From Promethearchaeota archaeon (lineage in GTDB: Archaea; Asgardarchaeota; Lokiarchaeia; Sigyniarchaeales; SOKP01), in assembly GCA_019894975.1 (NCBI GenBank), contig JAGXNO010000002.1, positions 1 through 64,000 on the forward strand: 64,000 nt of DNA. Reading direction: 5' to 3'. Of this stretch, positions 30,885-40,935 are shown in pieces (the first letter of the stretch is position 1; each line of letters opens with the position of its first letter). The translations under genes and the position numbers were made by a program. The notes under the pieces were generated by a model. It was given only the letters and a program-made list of their open reading frames with translations, searched no databases and was not told the origin of the DNA.

Positions 30885-32111
30885 ATGCTTAAATCAAAAA
30901 AACTAATGTCTAAATCTTATTTTAATGTAAATCACGTCTCGTTTGTATTTATTTATTTAGTTTATTCTTCAATTTTTGTTTTTCTTAACAATTATTTTCC
31001 AATTCTGTTTTTTGAGGTGTTAAATATTAATCGAATTATTCTTGCATTGATACAATTCTTAGCATATTCTGTCATACTTTTACGCCCCGTGTTTGCTTCA
31101 ATAACAGATAAATATAAAATTAATGGGTTTCAACGGAAGTATTATATTATCTTTTCAGGATATATTCTGGCAATACTGTATATGATAATGGGACTAACAT
31201 ATCGAAACATGATAATATTTGGGATTTTATTATTATTGGTGTTCTTGTCAGGAACTATGTTGGATGTTTCAACAAAATCACTTATTATGGATATCTCTCC
31301 AACAGATGAAATAAAAAGGAAAACTTTTTTCTTCGTTTTATGTGGTGATGCATTAGGTAGGTTCTTTCCCTTTCTTCTATATACTACATTGATTAATGAC
31401 GTATATTCAATTAATTCTTGGATGACCTTTTTCATTTTTAGCTATATGGTTCTATTCCCTCTTCTAGGTTTTTTACCATTCATAAATGAAAATGGTCACT
31501 CAAATCCAGAAATTAATAAAACCATGAATAATCCTGATTTAATTCGATCAGATAACAAATTACCAAACCAGAAGCTTAAAACCATCTTTATTCTGTTATG
31601 TATATTTACTTTCTTCGCTTTTAGCGATGCGATCTTTTCTTATCCTTTTTTTCCATGGTTACTAGGCAAATTTGGAGATATTAAGTTTAAAATTTTTAAT
31701 TTTTTACTCATCTTTTATTTTATATTAAGTATTTTAAGCTCAGCAGTGGGTGCATTTTTAATAAAAAAAATAAAGGCAAAGAAACTCATTTTTATTTCTA
31801 TGCCTTTGATCGGACTTATTTATACTTGCTATACTGTTGCCCCTTTCGCGATTTTTATCTTTTTGTATTTTTTAGGCTCATCAATAGCGATTATAACGAA
31901 TTTTAATATTTCAATCCTCATTATGAAATTTAGAAAAGGAAACAAATCTTTATATTTTCATGTAATTGCCACATTTAAAAACCTTAGTTTCTTCATTTTT
32001 ATCCCTTTAGGAACAATACTATCAAATTTTTTCATTACTGAACTTTTAATCATATTAGGAGCTATAATGTTGAATATTTCAATTATTCCATTGATCTTTA
32101 TTAAAATTTGA
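30885..32111 (+). CDS. MFS transporter
   Basis: About 12 TM, ITDKYKINGFQRKYY loop, DVSTKSL. Confidence 0.8.
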   Translation: MLKSKKLMSKSYFNVNHVSFVFIYLVYSSIFVFLNNYFPILFFEVLNINRIILALIQFLAYSVILLRPVFASITDKYKINGFQRKYYIIFSGYILAILYMIMGLTYRNMIIFGILLLLVFLSGTMLDVSTKSLIMDISPTDEIKRKTFFFVLCGDALGRFFPFLLYTTLINDVYSINSWMTFFIFSYMVLFPLLGFLPFINENGHSNPEINKTMNNPDLIRSDNKLPNQKLKTIFILLCIFTFFAFSDAIFSYPFFPWLLGKFGDIKFKIFNFLLIFYFILSILSSAVGAFLIKKIKAKKLIFISMPLIGLIYTCYTVAPFAIFIFLYFLGSSIAIITNFNISILIMKFRKGNKSLYFHVIATFKNLSFFIFIPLGTILSNFFITELLIILGAIMLNISIIPLIFIKI

Positions 32112-32322
32112 ACGTATTTAAATCAAAACATAAATACATAAAAAGAAAATTCTACTAATTATCTATAGAAGTGTTTCTCCTGTGTGTGCCATAAAAACAA
32201 CCCAAAAATTTCAGATTAATCAAATTAAGGGGAAAATAATAATCTGATATTAGATATATAAAGTACCAAAAATCTTTTAATCAGCAAAAATTTGATTTTC
32301 ATTTCGAGAAATATATGGGGTT

Positions 32323-32359
32323 AAAAAATATAGAGTAGGAATCCATGATGGATTCTACT
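32323..32359 (-). terminator. Hairpin plus oligo-U after the mini-ORF
   Basis: AGTAGAATCCA-TCA-TGGATTCCTACT followed by CTATATTTTTT. Confidence 0.5.
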
Positions 32360-32365
32360 GACCAT

Positions 32366-32395
32366 TTAAGGAAGAGTTTCACCTGCATGTGGCAT
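32366..32395 (-). CDS. Putative 9-aa peptide MPHAGETLP
   Basis: AAGGAGGT SD 8 nt upstream, TTTATATA box at 32454-32461, downstream hairpin plus U tract. Confidence 0.45.
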   Translation of the reverse strand: MPHAGETLP

Positions 32396-32692
32396 TACGA
32401 CAAACCTCCTTCCCATTAATTAATGGGATGGTAGTCTAATATCTAAAGTAAAGTATATAAACTACGAGTAAAAATTGAGAGGTTTTTTAATTTAAAGTAA
32501 ATTAACATATAAATTCAAGACGAGTTCTTCTTCTAGTTAAGGAAATATTTCATTTCCCTGTTTGATGGATTCAGATTATTAAAATTAAAACTATTTCCCT
32601 TAAGTTCGATATAGTAAAATTATAAATATTTGATATGACTATTCAAAAAATAGAGATTTCTTAAAACAAAAGGTCATATTGATTTAGTATTT

Positions 32693-35600
32693 ATGTCTAA
32701 TTTTGTAGATATTAAAATTATTGAGCAGTTATTAAAAGTAAGTGATATTAACCAGATCCAATATCTTTTTGAAATTTTAATGAACAATGTTGTTGAATAT
32801 TTAGGATTACAACCAATTTATAAAAATGTTAAAATTAAAATACTTTTAGTAGAAAAACTTGAATCTAGTAAGAAATCCCATGTCTTAGATTTAGGTGTTA
32901 ACCGAATATATAGAAATAATTCTCAAATTCTAGAAATTTACGAAAAAGATAGAAAATTTTTACCATTCATTTTACTTCGGGAAGCTTTTTATAACTTTCT
33001 GCCAAGTGAAATAAAAGATAATAATATGATAAAGGTATATATCAACCAAATTGTTGAAAATAACCTTGAAAATGTGGTTGGGTTTAAAAACTGGCATAAT
33101 TCTCATAGAGATGCATTAGTTGATCAATACTTTTTAACTGCGCAGTTGGATAAATTGAAGAAATTTTTTAAAATAGAAACTTCTAAAGAGCATGAAACTC
33201 CGACTCAGTTCTTTTTTAATGAAGTACGGGTAAATGCATCAATAATCGGAAATAGAGAAATTAATAATTATTATGATGAATTATTTGAAAAATACATGTA
33301 TAAAACCTCAAAATCACTCTATAATGAAGATATTATTAAAACCCTCCTAATTCTTCTTAAAACCTTCACCAAAAATAAGAAATATGTGAGTATAACAGAT
33401 TATCTAGAATTATATAGAAATATGTTAGAAAATGAGGAAATTGAATCTACTTTAAGTTTAAGGAAGTTCTATGAAAATTTACAATGGATTAACAAATTTA
33501 CTTCAATTGCACCAAGTTACAATGTAGTTCATAATCTAATTGGATTATCTCCTATTTTTTGTGAATTGATTTTCAATCCTGTTTTAGAAAAACAACGAAT
33601 TATGAAACTCATAAGAAATCTACCATTCATGGCATCACCCAGAATCATAGAGAATAATTTTGGGTGTAGATTTGTGATTACATTTATCATTCCAACAACT
33701 TATCAAAATGATCTTGTAGATTATTTTAATAGATTACAAACTCTTGGTTATTTATATAGTAAACGAGTTATTTTATATAAAACAGTTTGGAACTTTCTAA
33801 ACTTAAATTATTATTTGGAAAGTCCTAACACTTCAAAAATTATTGATCCTTTATTAAAAAACTATAATAAGGATTTTGAGTGTGAACACAAAATAGAATT
33901 CACTAATGAGCGTAATTCGTATCCTCTCTCATTATTCAATTATATTATACTAGGACGAATAAGAGATTTCTCAGTTACTGGACTAACATTTGATAAACGA
34001 GTTGAAACTTTAAACGCTTTAAAAGAGGATATGGAAAATGAGTACAGAAAACAATTAAATTCTATTGAAAATTTTAGAGAAATCTTCAATAAGTTAATGC
34101 TTTCCCCAAAAACTAAGGAGGATTTCTTAAGTTTTCTTAACCAAAACCAAAAGCGGGGAATATTGGCTTTGCATGAAAACCTTCTCTCTATCCTGGAATT
34201 TTCTGCTTCAATTGAAAAATTAATTGCTAAAAATCCAACATTAATAAATTTGCATCAACTTAAATTATTTTTGGAGGAAAACAGTCTATCTCAAATTTTA
34301 GAAAAAAATTTGATTCTGAGAGACCATGATCTTAAGAAAGTTGTTTTCAATGATATTCTACCTAAGTATTTTAGATCAATCAACTTATACAGGCAAGAAC
34401 TATCAAATATTAGATTATTTTATGATTTAATTAGCTCATTTTTCAGTCTTAAAGTATTTAGTATAAAGGCAATAAATAATATTGTTCGAAATCCTCAAAT
34501 CATTGATGAAATTATTAAGAAAAAAGAAGAAAGAATTAGAAAAGCATTTAAACTTGTTAAATCAGGTAAAATTACTAATCAGAGAATCGAATCCGCCCTT
34601 GACGAACTCTTAACTCACGATCCACCCATAATTATTCCATTTTTGATAAATACAATTATGGTGAGCCAAATTGCTAAATTTTACCCTGAAATATGTCTAA
34701 AAAATTCAATTCGAATTCAAAAAACACTCAGGAAATTTAAAGCGTATTTCCCGAGGATACTAACTTCAAAAACAATAGATCTTGATACTAGAGAAAATTC
34801 AATACATTTACTCTGTTATTCTGTAAATTTTAAAGAAAAAGGGGATTTTATATCAAGTTTATATAATTTATTTGGAAAGGACATAATGACTGTACGTAGA
34901 AATTTTTGGAGAGGTTTGTATAGAATTTCAAAAATTAGAGCAAATGACTTTTATGATTTTGAAAACAAGCAATTTTTTTATACAAAAGATTTCTTTGAAC
35001 AATTTCTAGTTTATACAAGAAGTATTTTAGGTACCAATAAACTTATAAGCTTTAATAAGAAAGAAAATTCTTCCAGAGTATTTCAATTCTGGTCCCCAAG
35101 CGTTACTATGGAGAGTTTAGTTAATACTATAAAAAAAAGACTTTCTCATCAAAAGTTAAAATACAATTTTGACCTTATAAATAATCTCATAATGTTTCGA
35201 AATAATTTAGAATCTATTTTAATAAATCAAAAAACTTTTATGAACGTGAAATCCGCTGAATTTTACTCAACATATATAAAATCTATTAAATTCATACCTG
35301 CTTTTAGAGCCTTCGGTTTGGCAAAATATTATTTATATTTTTTTCCTCATGATTGGGACGAAATAGATATAAAACTTTTACTTATAAACTCCTTTCAAAG
35401 CATAAAATATCCGGCGCAAATTGATCCAAATCAACCCATATTCATTAAATCTCTCTTTCCTTATAGAACTCCAAATAAATCTTATATTAATTGGCTGATA
35501 CAATCAAAGAAAGCGATTCGAGAGTGCTGTCATTTCTTCATTAAGAAAGTTTATGATATAACTCATTTTGATCATAGTTTAAGCTCAAGAGGTTGGCATT

Positions 35601-36325
35601 ACTCATCTAATCGATTCAAAATTCACACACAAAATGTTTTATTTGACCCGAATTATACTCATCAAATGCAAAACATAAGGGAATTTGATATTGATGATTT
35701 TTCTAATTCAGAAGTGCATGGATTACAAACACCGGAGTTTGAAGCATTAACTCAGATATATAATAGACATTCAATAGATATTAAATCTTTCTTAGGAACG
35801 AATAAGTTTCCAACTATCAAAAATATTACTTCACTATTAAAAAAAAAGCTAATATTTCCCTACCTCAATTTAAAAAACTTGGATGTTCAAGATAAAATTA
35901 CTTTAATTCTTCCTAGTGTCAAAATTGATTTAAATAAAAAATTAGTTTCCATATTCAGTTTTTTTAATACGTGTCGAATATATGAAATTGAAGGAGATCT
36001 CTATATCCATGGTTTTCAAGAATTAAAATCATTTGAAACAGGATATATGATTGAGATTTGGTTTCCTAAATGTGAATTGGATGAATTTTTTGACGTCTTT
36101 GATTTATTATTTGAATTTCTAGAAATAAAGCACTACCTAATTTTAACAGATTTAGTCAACGGTGAAACTTTACTTAAAAACATATTTGGTGATTTAAAAT
36201 TCTTAAAGGATTATAATCCATTATTCAACCTTAAATGGAATAAAAAGGATAAAATTTGGATGAATCATAAGCTATTTACTAAGGATTTTGAGCCTATATA
36301 TCCAAATCTAATACCTAAAGATTGA
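32693..36325 (+). CDS. Large hypothetical protein with repeated Lrp/AsnC-like modules
   Basis: 1210 aa; recurring linker-type motifs (HNLIGL, FRAFGL, LKNLDV) and N-terminal LLREAFY. Confidence 0.6.
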   Translation: MSNFVDIKIIEQLLKVSDINQIQYLFEILMNNVVEYLGLQPIYKNVKIKILLVEKLESSKKSHVLDLGVNRIYRNNSQILEIYEKDRKFLPFILLREAFYNFLPSEIKDNNMIKVYINQIVENNLENVVGFKNWHNSHRDALVDQYFLTAQLDKLKKFFKIETSKEHETPTQFFFNEVRVNASIIGNREINNYYDELFEKYMYKTSKSLYNEDIIKTLLILLKTFTKNKKYVSITDYLELYRNMLENEEIESTLSLRKFYENLQWINKFTSIAPSYNVVHNLIGLSPIFCELIFNPVLEKQRIMKLIRNLPFMASPRIIENNFGCRFVITFIIPTTYQNDLVDYFNRLQTLGYLYSKRVILYKTVWNFLNLNYYLESPNTSKIIDPLLKNYNKDFECEHKIEFTNERNSYPLSLFNYIILGRIRDFSVTGLTFDKRVETLNALKEDMENEYRKQLNSIENFREIFNKLMLSPKTKEDFLSFLNQNQKRGILALHENLLSILEFSASIEKLIAKNPTLINLHQLKLFLEENSLSQILEKNLILRDHDLKKVVFNDILPKYFRSINLYRQELSNIRLFYDLISSFFSLKVFSIKAINNIVRNPQIIDEIIKKKEERIRKAFKLVKSGKITNQRIESALDELLTHDPPIIIPFLINTIMVSQIAKFYPEICLKNSIRIQKTLRKFKAYFPRILTSKTIDLDTRENSIHLLCYSVNFKEKGDFISSLYNLFGKDIMTVRRNFWRGLYRISKIRANDFYDFENKQFFYTKDFFEQFLVYTRSILGTNKLISFNKKENSSRVFQFWSPSVTMESLVNTIKKRLSHQKLKYNFDLINNLIMFRNNLESILINQKTFMNVKSAEFYSTYIKSIKFIPAFRAFGLAKYYLYFFPHDWDEIDIKLLLINSFQSIKYPAQIDPNQPIFIKSLFPYRTPNKSYINWLIQSKKAIRECCHFFIKKVYDITHFDHSLSSRGWHYSSNRFKIHTQNVLFDPNYTHQMQNIREFDIDDFSNSEVHGLQTPEFEALTQIYNRHSIDIKSFLGTNKFPTIKNITSLLKKKLIFPYLNLKNLDVQDKITLILPSVKIDLNKKLVSIFSFFNTCRIYEIEGDLYIHGFQELKSFETGYMIEIWFPKCELDEFFDVFDLLFEFLEIKHYLILTDLVNGETLLKNIFGDLKFLKDYNPLFNLKWNKKDKIWMNHKLFTKDFEPIYPNLIPKD

Positions 36326-36338
36326 AAATATAACCAAT

Positions 36339-37499
36339 TTAAGAATTTGAGTATTTAATGTATAAGTCTAACACAATCAAATCCGCTTTAGGAGAGTAAG
36401 ATTTTACAATTTTCGAGTCAATTACTTCACCAATAATCCAATTTAACTCAATTAGCTTCCTATTCAAATCTTCTATTATTTTGTCTATTGGATCAGGCTT
36501 TTCTAAAAAATTATAGAAATGCAGCATTCCCCCTGATTTTTTCATTAAGAAACACGCTATATCAAGAAAATCAAAAGAATTTTCAGGCAAATTCATTATT
36601 ATACGGTCTACATTGTTAGCTAATTTTCTTCCTACTTGATTTGATGGAGAAATAAGCTCTTTAATATTAAAATTATATGGAAAAATCGTTCCTTTGAGTT
36701 TATTCAAAGAAATATTTCTTTTAAGAAAACCATAAGCAGCGGGATTTAAATCGAATGCATGAATTTCTACAGGATTTAATTTAGCTATTTGTATAGAAAA
36801 AGGACCTACTCCTGCAAACATATCTACAATTATTTCATTTTTACTTATATCACTTTCTGAAATTCTACGCCGTTCATAAACCAATCTTGGTGAAAAAAAG
36901 GTTTTTCTTATATCAAGTTGGAATATACAATTATTTTCTTTATGTTGTGTTTCAAGATTATTTTCACCACTCAAATAGACTAAATCTCTCAACCGGTAAG
37001 ATCCTTTGATTTCACTTTTTTTCTCAAACACAGATTGAACATTTTTATTTACTTCGATCACAGCTTCAGCCACAAGATTTTTAACTTCATTAAATTTATT
37101 ATTAGTGATTTGATCTGGTTTCTCAAACTCGAGAATTGCAATATTTCCAATAATATCATAAGATTTTGGAATTAGGCTTAAAAAATTAGGAGGAACCTTC
37201 CCTTTTAGTGCGTCTTCAAGAGTTTTATATTTGAAGTTTGGATTATAGATCCCTTCCTTGGAAACCAATTTAAATTGAATATGATTTTCTATCGCATTAA
37301 CTAATTTATCAATTACTTCTTTATTATCTACTAGAGGGAACAATATATCGTTATTCTTATGCTCAATTTTATACTTTTGGTCAATGATTGAGTCATCCTT
37401 AAATTGATCTTTTATAATTTGGATAAAATACTGAGCGTTTGTTTTTTTCAGCTTTAAAAAACTGATTTCTTCTTTTTTATTTAGGTTCTTGCTATTCAT
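36339..37499 (-). CDS. trm5: Trm5/Tyw2 family tRNA methyltransferase
   Basis: SYDIIGNIA, FFSPRLVYERRRI, DMFAGVGPF, RIIMNLP. Confidence 0.88.
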   Translation of the reverse strand: MNSKNLNKKEEISFLKLKKTNAQYFIQIIKDQFKDDSIIDQKYKIEHKNNDILFPLVDNKEVIDKLVNAIENHIQFKLVSKEGIYNPNFKYKTLEDALKGKVPPNFLSLIPKSYDIIGNIAILEFEKPDQITNNKFNEVKNLVAEAVIEVNKNVQSVFEKKSEIKGSYRLRDLVYLSGENNLETQHKENNCIFQLDIRKTFFSPRLVYERRRISESDISKNEIIVDMFAGVGPFSIQIAKLNPVEIHAFDLNPAAYGFLKRNISLNKLKGTIFPYNFNIKELISPSNQVGRKLANNVDRIIMNLPENSFDFLDIACFLMKKSGGMLHFYNFLEKPDPIDKIIEDLNRKLIELNWIIGEVIDSKIVKSYSPKADLIVLDLYIKYSNS

Positions 37500-37920
37500 C
37501 TATTTCAATGATTATTGATAATTTTGTATTAGGGTTTCTTAAAGCTTTAGTTAAATCCCTGTTTATTTCAACTGATGATTTTGAACAGTTTATTAAAATT
37601 GTTCTTTCACAAACAAAATTACTTTTCCGAAAAACAATATCTTTTTTATCTGATAATGCTAAATTCCTATTTCCATAACCAAAAAAATAATCCTGTATCT
37701 CGTCCGCTTCTAAAATAACTTTAAATTTAGCTCCGTTTTTTATTTCAATCTTTAAATCTTCTATTAAATCACTACAAGCTTTTGAAGCCTTTACTCCTAT
37801 AATACAGTCTCCCTTTTTGGTCAGGTTTATATCTTTAGTAATCTCAATCGTGGTCTTATGTTTAGATAATATATTCTCATGACCCCATGCGTGAATTCTT
37901 TCTATAATTGTCAAAATCAC
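37492..37920 (-). CDS. DUF371 protein
   Basis: GHENILSKHKTTIEITKD..GDCIIGV..VFRKSNF. Confidence 0.9.
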   Translation of the reverse strand: MILTIIERIHAWGHENILSKHKTTIEITKDINLTKKGDCIIGVKASKACSDLIEDLKIEIKNGAKFKVILEADEIQDYFFGYGNRNLALSDKKDIVFRKSNFVCERTILINCSKSSVEINRDLTKALRNPNTKLSIIIEIDE

Positions 37921-39578
37921 TCCACCTTGAAAGAGTCTAAAAGTTCGGATAAATTATGAAAAACTGGAATGGTTATGGATAATTCTGAGCTTAAATCATC
38001 AAATAATTTATTTAAAATATCCTTTTTCAAGTAAATAGTTTCTTCATTGAATTGATTAATGTATCTTTCTGGTACTAAAACACCATATTTAATATAATTT
38101 TGATTATACAAATCAAAAAAAATCTTAACCTTTTGTTCAAGATTTCTATAAAGCTTACTATTAGCTTCCAAAATCTCTATAGATTCATATTGGCCCATTG
38201 GAAAAGAAGAAGCTAATTCAAATGGAATAATCCCATAGAAACCAGAGATCAACGCGATATGAAGTAATTCCCGGGGAATAATGGTATTACTATTAAGTTC
38301 ATCTAACCAATTCTTCGTACTTGGTGATTTATATCCTTTAACATCCAATTCAGGTATCAAAATTAAGAATTTGGCTTCTTGTGGAACTCTATAGTTATTT
38401 TTTAATTTAGTAGCAAATCGGTGAAGCATTGGTCTATCTACACTTTCTAGAGAAGCATATAGTCTACCATGTGGTTTATAAATTTTTTCATATTTCTCAA
38501 GAAAAGGTAAATCCGACTTAACTGCGTTTAAAGCATCTACCAAAGTAGGGTGGTTTCTTACTCTTTGTTCTACTAGCTCCCATAAATTCCCCTCTTTGAT
38601 TGCTTGGCGCACAGTTCTTAATTCTGAAAATGAAATATGCAAGTTATGTTTTGCCAATAATTCAGTTCGGAGTTCTTCCTCAAAACTTATTACTTCCTTT
38701 GGCTTATATTCACAACAAATCGGGCAATGACAAGGAAATTCTTCTAGTTCCTCTAATTTACTTGTTCCAGTTGACAATGTGAAGTATCTATTTTCTTTAG
38801 CAAATAGAACATAGGCTGCAGAATCCATTAAATCACATCCACAAGCTACAGCTAAGGAAAAAAATTGAGGTAATCCTAATCCAAACATGTGAACTGGCTT
38901 ATTCCAAACAAGATTTTTTTTAACATTTAATAGAATTTTAATTACTAAATCAAATCTATAACTTAATAAAGATTTGACCAAGCCACCTACTGCGTAAATA
39001 TCAAAATCTAATTTACTCATTTCATTTGTGCTAATTTTCAATAAATCCAAATACTTAGCACCATGAATAGGACCAAACCAATGACAAACTTGATTAATTC
39101 TGCGAATTATGTTTTCCTTAGCTCGTTGTATTGATAAGTAGACTTTCTCTTTAGCTGTTTCATAATCATCATCAGGTTGAATAGGTACATCCAATATCAC
39201 AGGAAAATCTGAACCAATATCTTCCTGGAAACTTTCAATAATTTCTGCATTAATTTCAATATCAGTTTTATTGTACATATATTTTTGAAAGGCTCCGCTA
39301 TCTGTGGCAATTATTCCATCAAAATTTAAATAGTTATGAATTCCTGATTTTAAAACCGATTCTCGCTCTTGAAGATTCTGATAGAGAATATAAGCATTCG
39401 TAAAAACACATTGGGCACCAATTTTCTTCAGATCTGAAGTATTAATAATATTTTTGTATGGATGAACAACTGGAAACAAATTAGGAGTAACCATCTCTTT
39501 TTTATTTACAGTTAATTTACCTATACGTCCTAAGGCATCTATATCAGTTATCTCCCAATTCATATTTTCTGCACTCAT
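37917..39578 (-). CDS. tgtA: Archaeosine tRNA-guanine(15) transglycosylase
   Basis: TDSGAFQ, HMFGLG, DSAAY, CHCPIC, WELVEQR. Confidence 0.95.
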   Translation of the reverse strand: MSAENMNWEITDIDALGRIGKLTVNKKEMVTPNLFPVVHPYKNIINTSDLKKIGAQCVFTNAYILYQNLQERESVLKSGIHNYLNFDGIIATDSGAFQKYMYNKTDIEINAEIIESFQEDIGSDFPVILDVPIQPDDDYETAKEKVYLSIQRAKENIIRRINQVCHWFGPIHGAKYLDLLKISTNEMSKLDFDIYAVGGLVKSLLSYRFDLVIKILLNVKKNLVWNKPVHMFGLGLPQFFSLAVACGCDLMDSAAYVLFAKENRYFTLSTGTSKLEELEEFPCHCPICCEYKPKEVISFEEELRTELLAKHNLHISFSELRTVRQAIKEGNLWELVEQRVRNHPTLVDALNAVKSDLPFLEKYEKIYKPHGRLYASLESVDRPMLHRFATKLKNNYRVPQEAKFLILIPELDVKGYKSPSTKNWLDELNSNTIIPRELLHIALISGFYGIIPFELASSFPMGQYESIEILEANSKLYRNLEQKVKIFFDLYNQNYIKYGVLVPERYINQFNEETIYLKKDILNKLFDDLSSELSITIPVFHNLSELLDSFKVE

Positions 39579-39591
39579 TACGTTTTTTTGA

Positions 39592-40185
39592 CTAATCGAA
39601 AAATTCCTTTAACCTATCTTCCTGATCTAATTTTTCTAACCAATCTATTTTACCTATATGATAATTATTTACTTCTTCTTTCTCAGTTATTATATCCTTA
39701 ATTATTTTAACTACGGAAATTATTGATAAATTCGTAGTATCAATCTCGAAAAGAGGTTTCTTTATTTTTTTTTTAAGAAAATAATTAACGCAGTTTCCCA
39801 GTATTTCTGCTTGAATATTTTCAGTTATTTTTTTTGAGTTATAATCTTTTTCTTTTAATCGATTACTTAATTCATCTGGATGGCATCTTAAAACAAATAC
39901 ATAATTAATAAATTTATTCGGAATAATATCGGAAAAATGACTTTCTATTATCAAGAATGAAGGATTAATTTTTTTTATCTTTTTGATTTTTCCCAGGACA
40001 TATGGTAGAAATACTTTAAAATCAACAATAGTAGTTTTTCTTTCTTCATCATAATCAAAAGAAAAATCATCAGAAGTTGCCAACTCATTTAAGGAAATTA
40101 TCATACCACCAATTAAATTGGACAACTCTTTAGCTACAGAGGTTTTACCACAACCCGGAGTACCGGAGATTATAATATTTAACAT
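39592..40185 (-). CDS. Adenylate kinase AK6/Fap7 family
   Basis: GTPGCGKT, IIESH, LRCHP, ENIQAEI. Confidence 0.9.
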   Translation of the reverse strand: MLNIIISGTPGCGKTSVAKELSNLIGGMIISLNELATSDDFSFDYDEERKTTIVDFKVFLPYVLGKIKKIKKINPSFLIIESHFSDIIPNKFINYVFVLRCHPDELSNRLKEKDYNSKKITENIQAEILGNCVNYFLKKKIKKPLFEIDTTNLSIISVVKIIKDIITEKEEVNNYHIGKIDWLEKLDQEDRLKEFFD

Positions 40186-40261
40186 TTCTAAATTTATAAA
40201 ATAGATTTATAATTAAAAAAGTCAACGGAGTCTATTGAAATTAACTCATATGAAAAAAAGA

Positions 40262-40335
40262 TGGGAAAGGGGGGCTTCGAACCCCCGACCTCACGGTTAT
40301 CAGCCGTGCGCTATACCAGGCTAAGCCACTCTCCC
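40262..40335 (-). tRNA. tRNA-Ile(GAT)
   Basis: GGGAGAGTGGCTTAGCCTGGTATAGCGCACGGCT-GAT-AACCGTGAGGTCGGGGGTTCGAAGCCCCCCTTTCCCA cloverleaf. Confidence 0.96.
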
Positions 40336-40474
40336 TTTTTGGGGAATTTAATGGTATATTGATATTATAATTATAAAACAATAGCTAACTAATAAATTTA
40401 ATAATATGTATTTAAAAAATTTTTTGACCTAAATTATTATAGTCTAATGGTTTTATTTTTAGTTATAAAAAATA

Positions 40475-40915
40475 GTGGTATTAATGCCTAAAATTTTAAA
40501 TTATTCAATAGTAGGGTTAGAGGATTATACAATAGGGTTTAATGACTATTGTTCCCTATGTGAGATTCAGCAGTTTTGTAAGTGGGGGAAAGATGAACCT
40601 TTTTCTATCAACATCAGCTGCGGGGATTTAAATCGCGCTAAAGAAAAAGTTAAATTCGAACAGCTTCAAAAATTACAGAAAACTGAAGATGTTTCCGTTT
40701 CGTATGAAGAGTTAGTGAAGAAAGTTAAAATAAATCTGCAGGGGATAATTTCAGAAATTTGGAAAGGTAAAATAAAAGCGTTGAAAGAAGAAATCAGATG
40801 TTTGAACTCTCGAAAAATTGATCCTATGTTAGTTTCTCAACAAGGTCAAGATTGGTGGCAAGATTTCAACGTCACCATGAAAGTTATAAATACAGAATGT
40901 GAAAAAATCTCTTAA
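40475..40915 (+). CDS. Hypothetical protein with Cys cluster
   Basis: CSLCEIQQFC..ISC. Confidence 0.65.
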   Translation: MVLMPKILNYSIVGLEDYTIGFNDYCSLCEIQQFCKWGKDEPFSINISCGDLNRAKEKVKFEQLQKLQKTEDVSVSYEELVKKVKINLQGIISEIWKGKIKALKEEIRCLNSRKIDPMLVSQQGQDWWQDFNVTMKVINTECEKIS

Positions 40916-40935
40916 AAAAAGTAAAAGGTATGGAA

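Noticed and set aside
32330-32440. Known ncRNA (SRP, RNase P, C/D box) identity for the structured island
   Set aside because: Lacks SRP and RNase P conserved motifs and is too short; an ATGATG..CTGA pair on the plus strand is too closely spaced for a standard guide RNA
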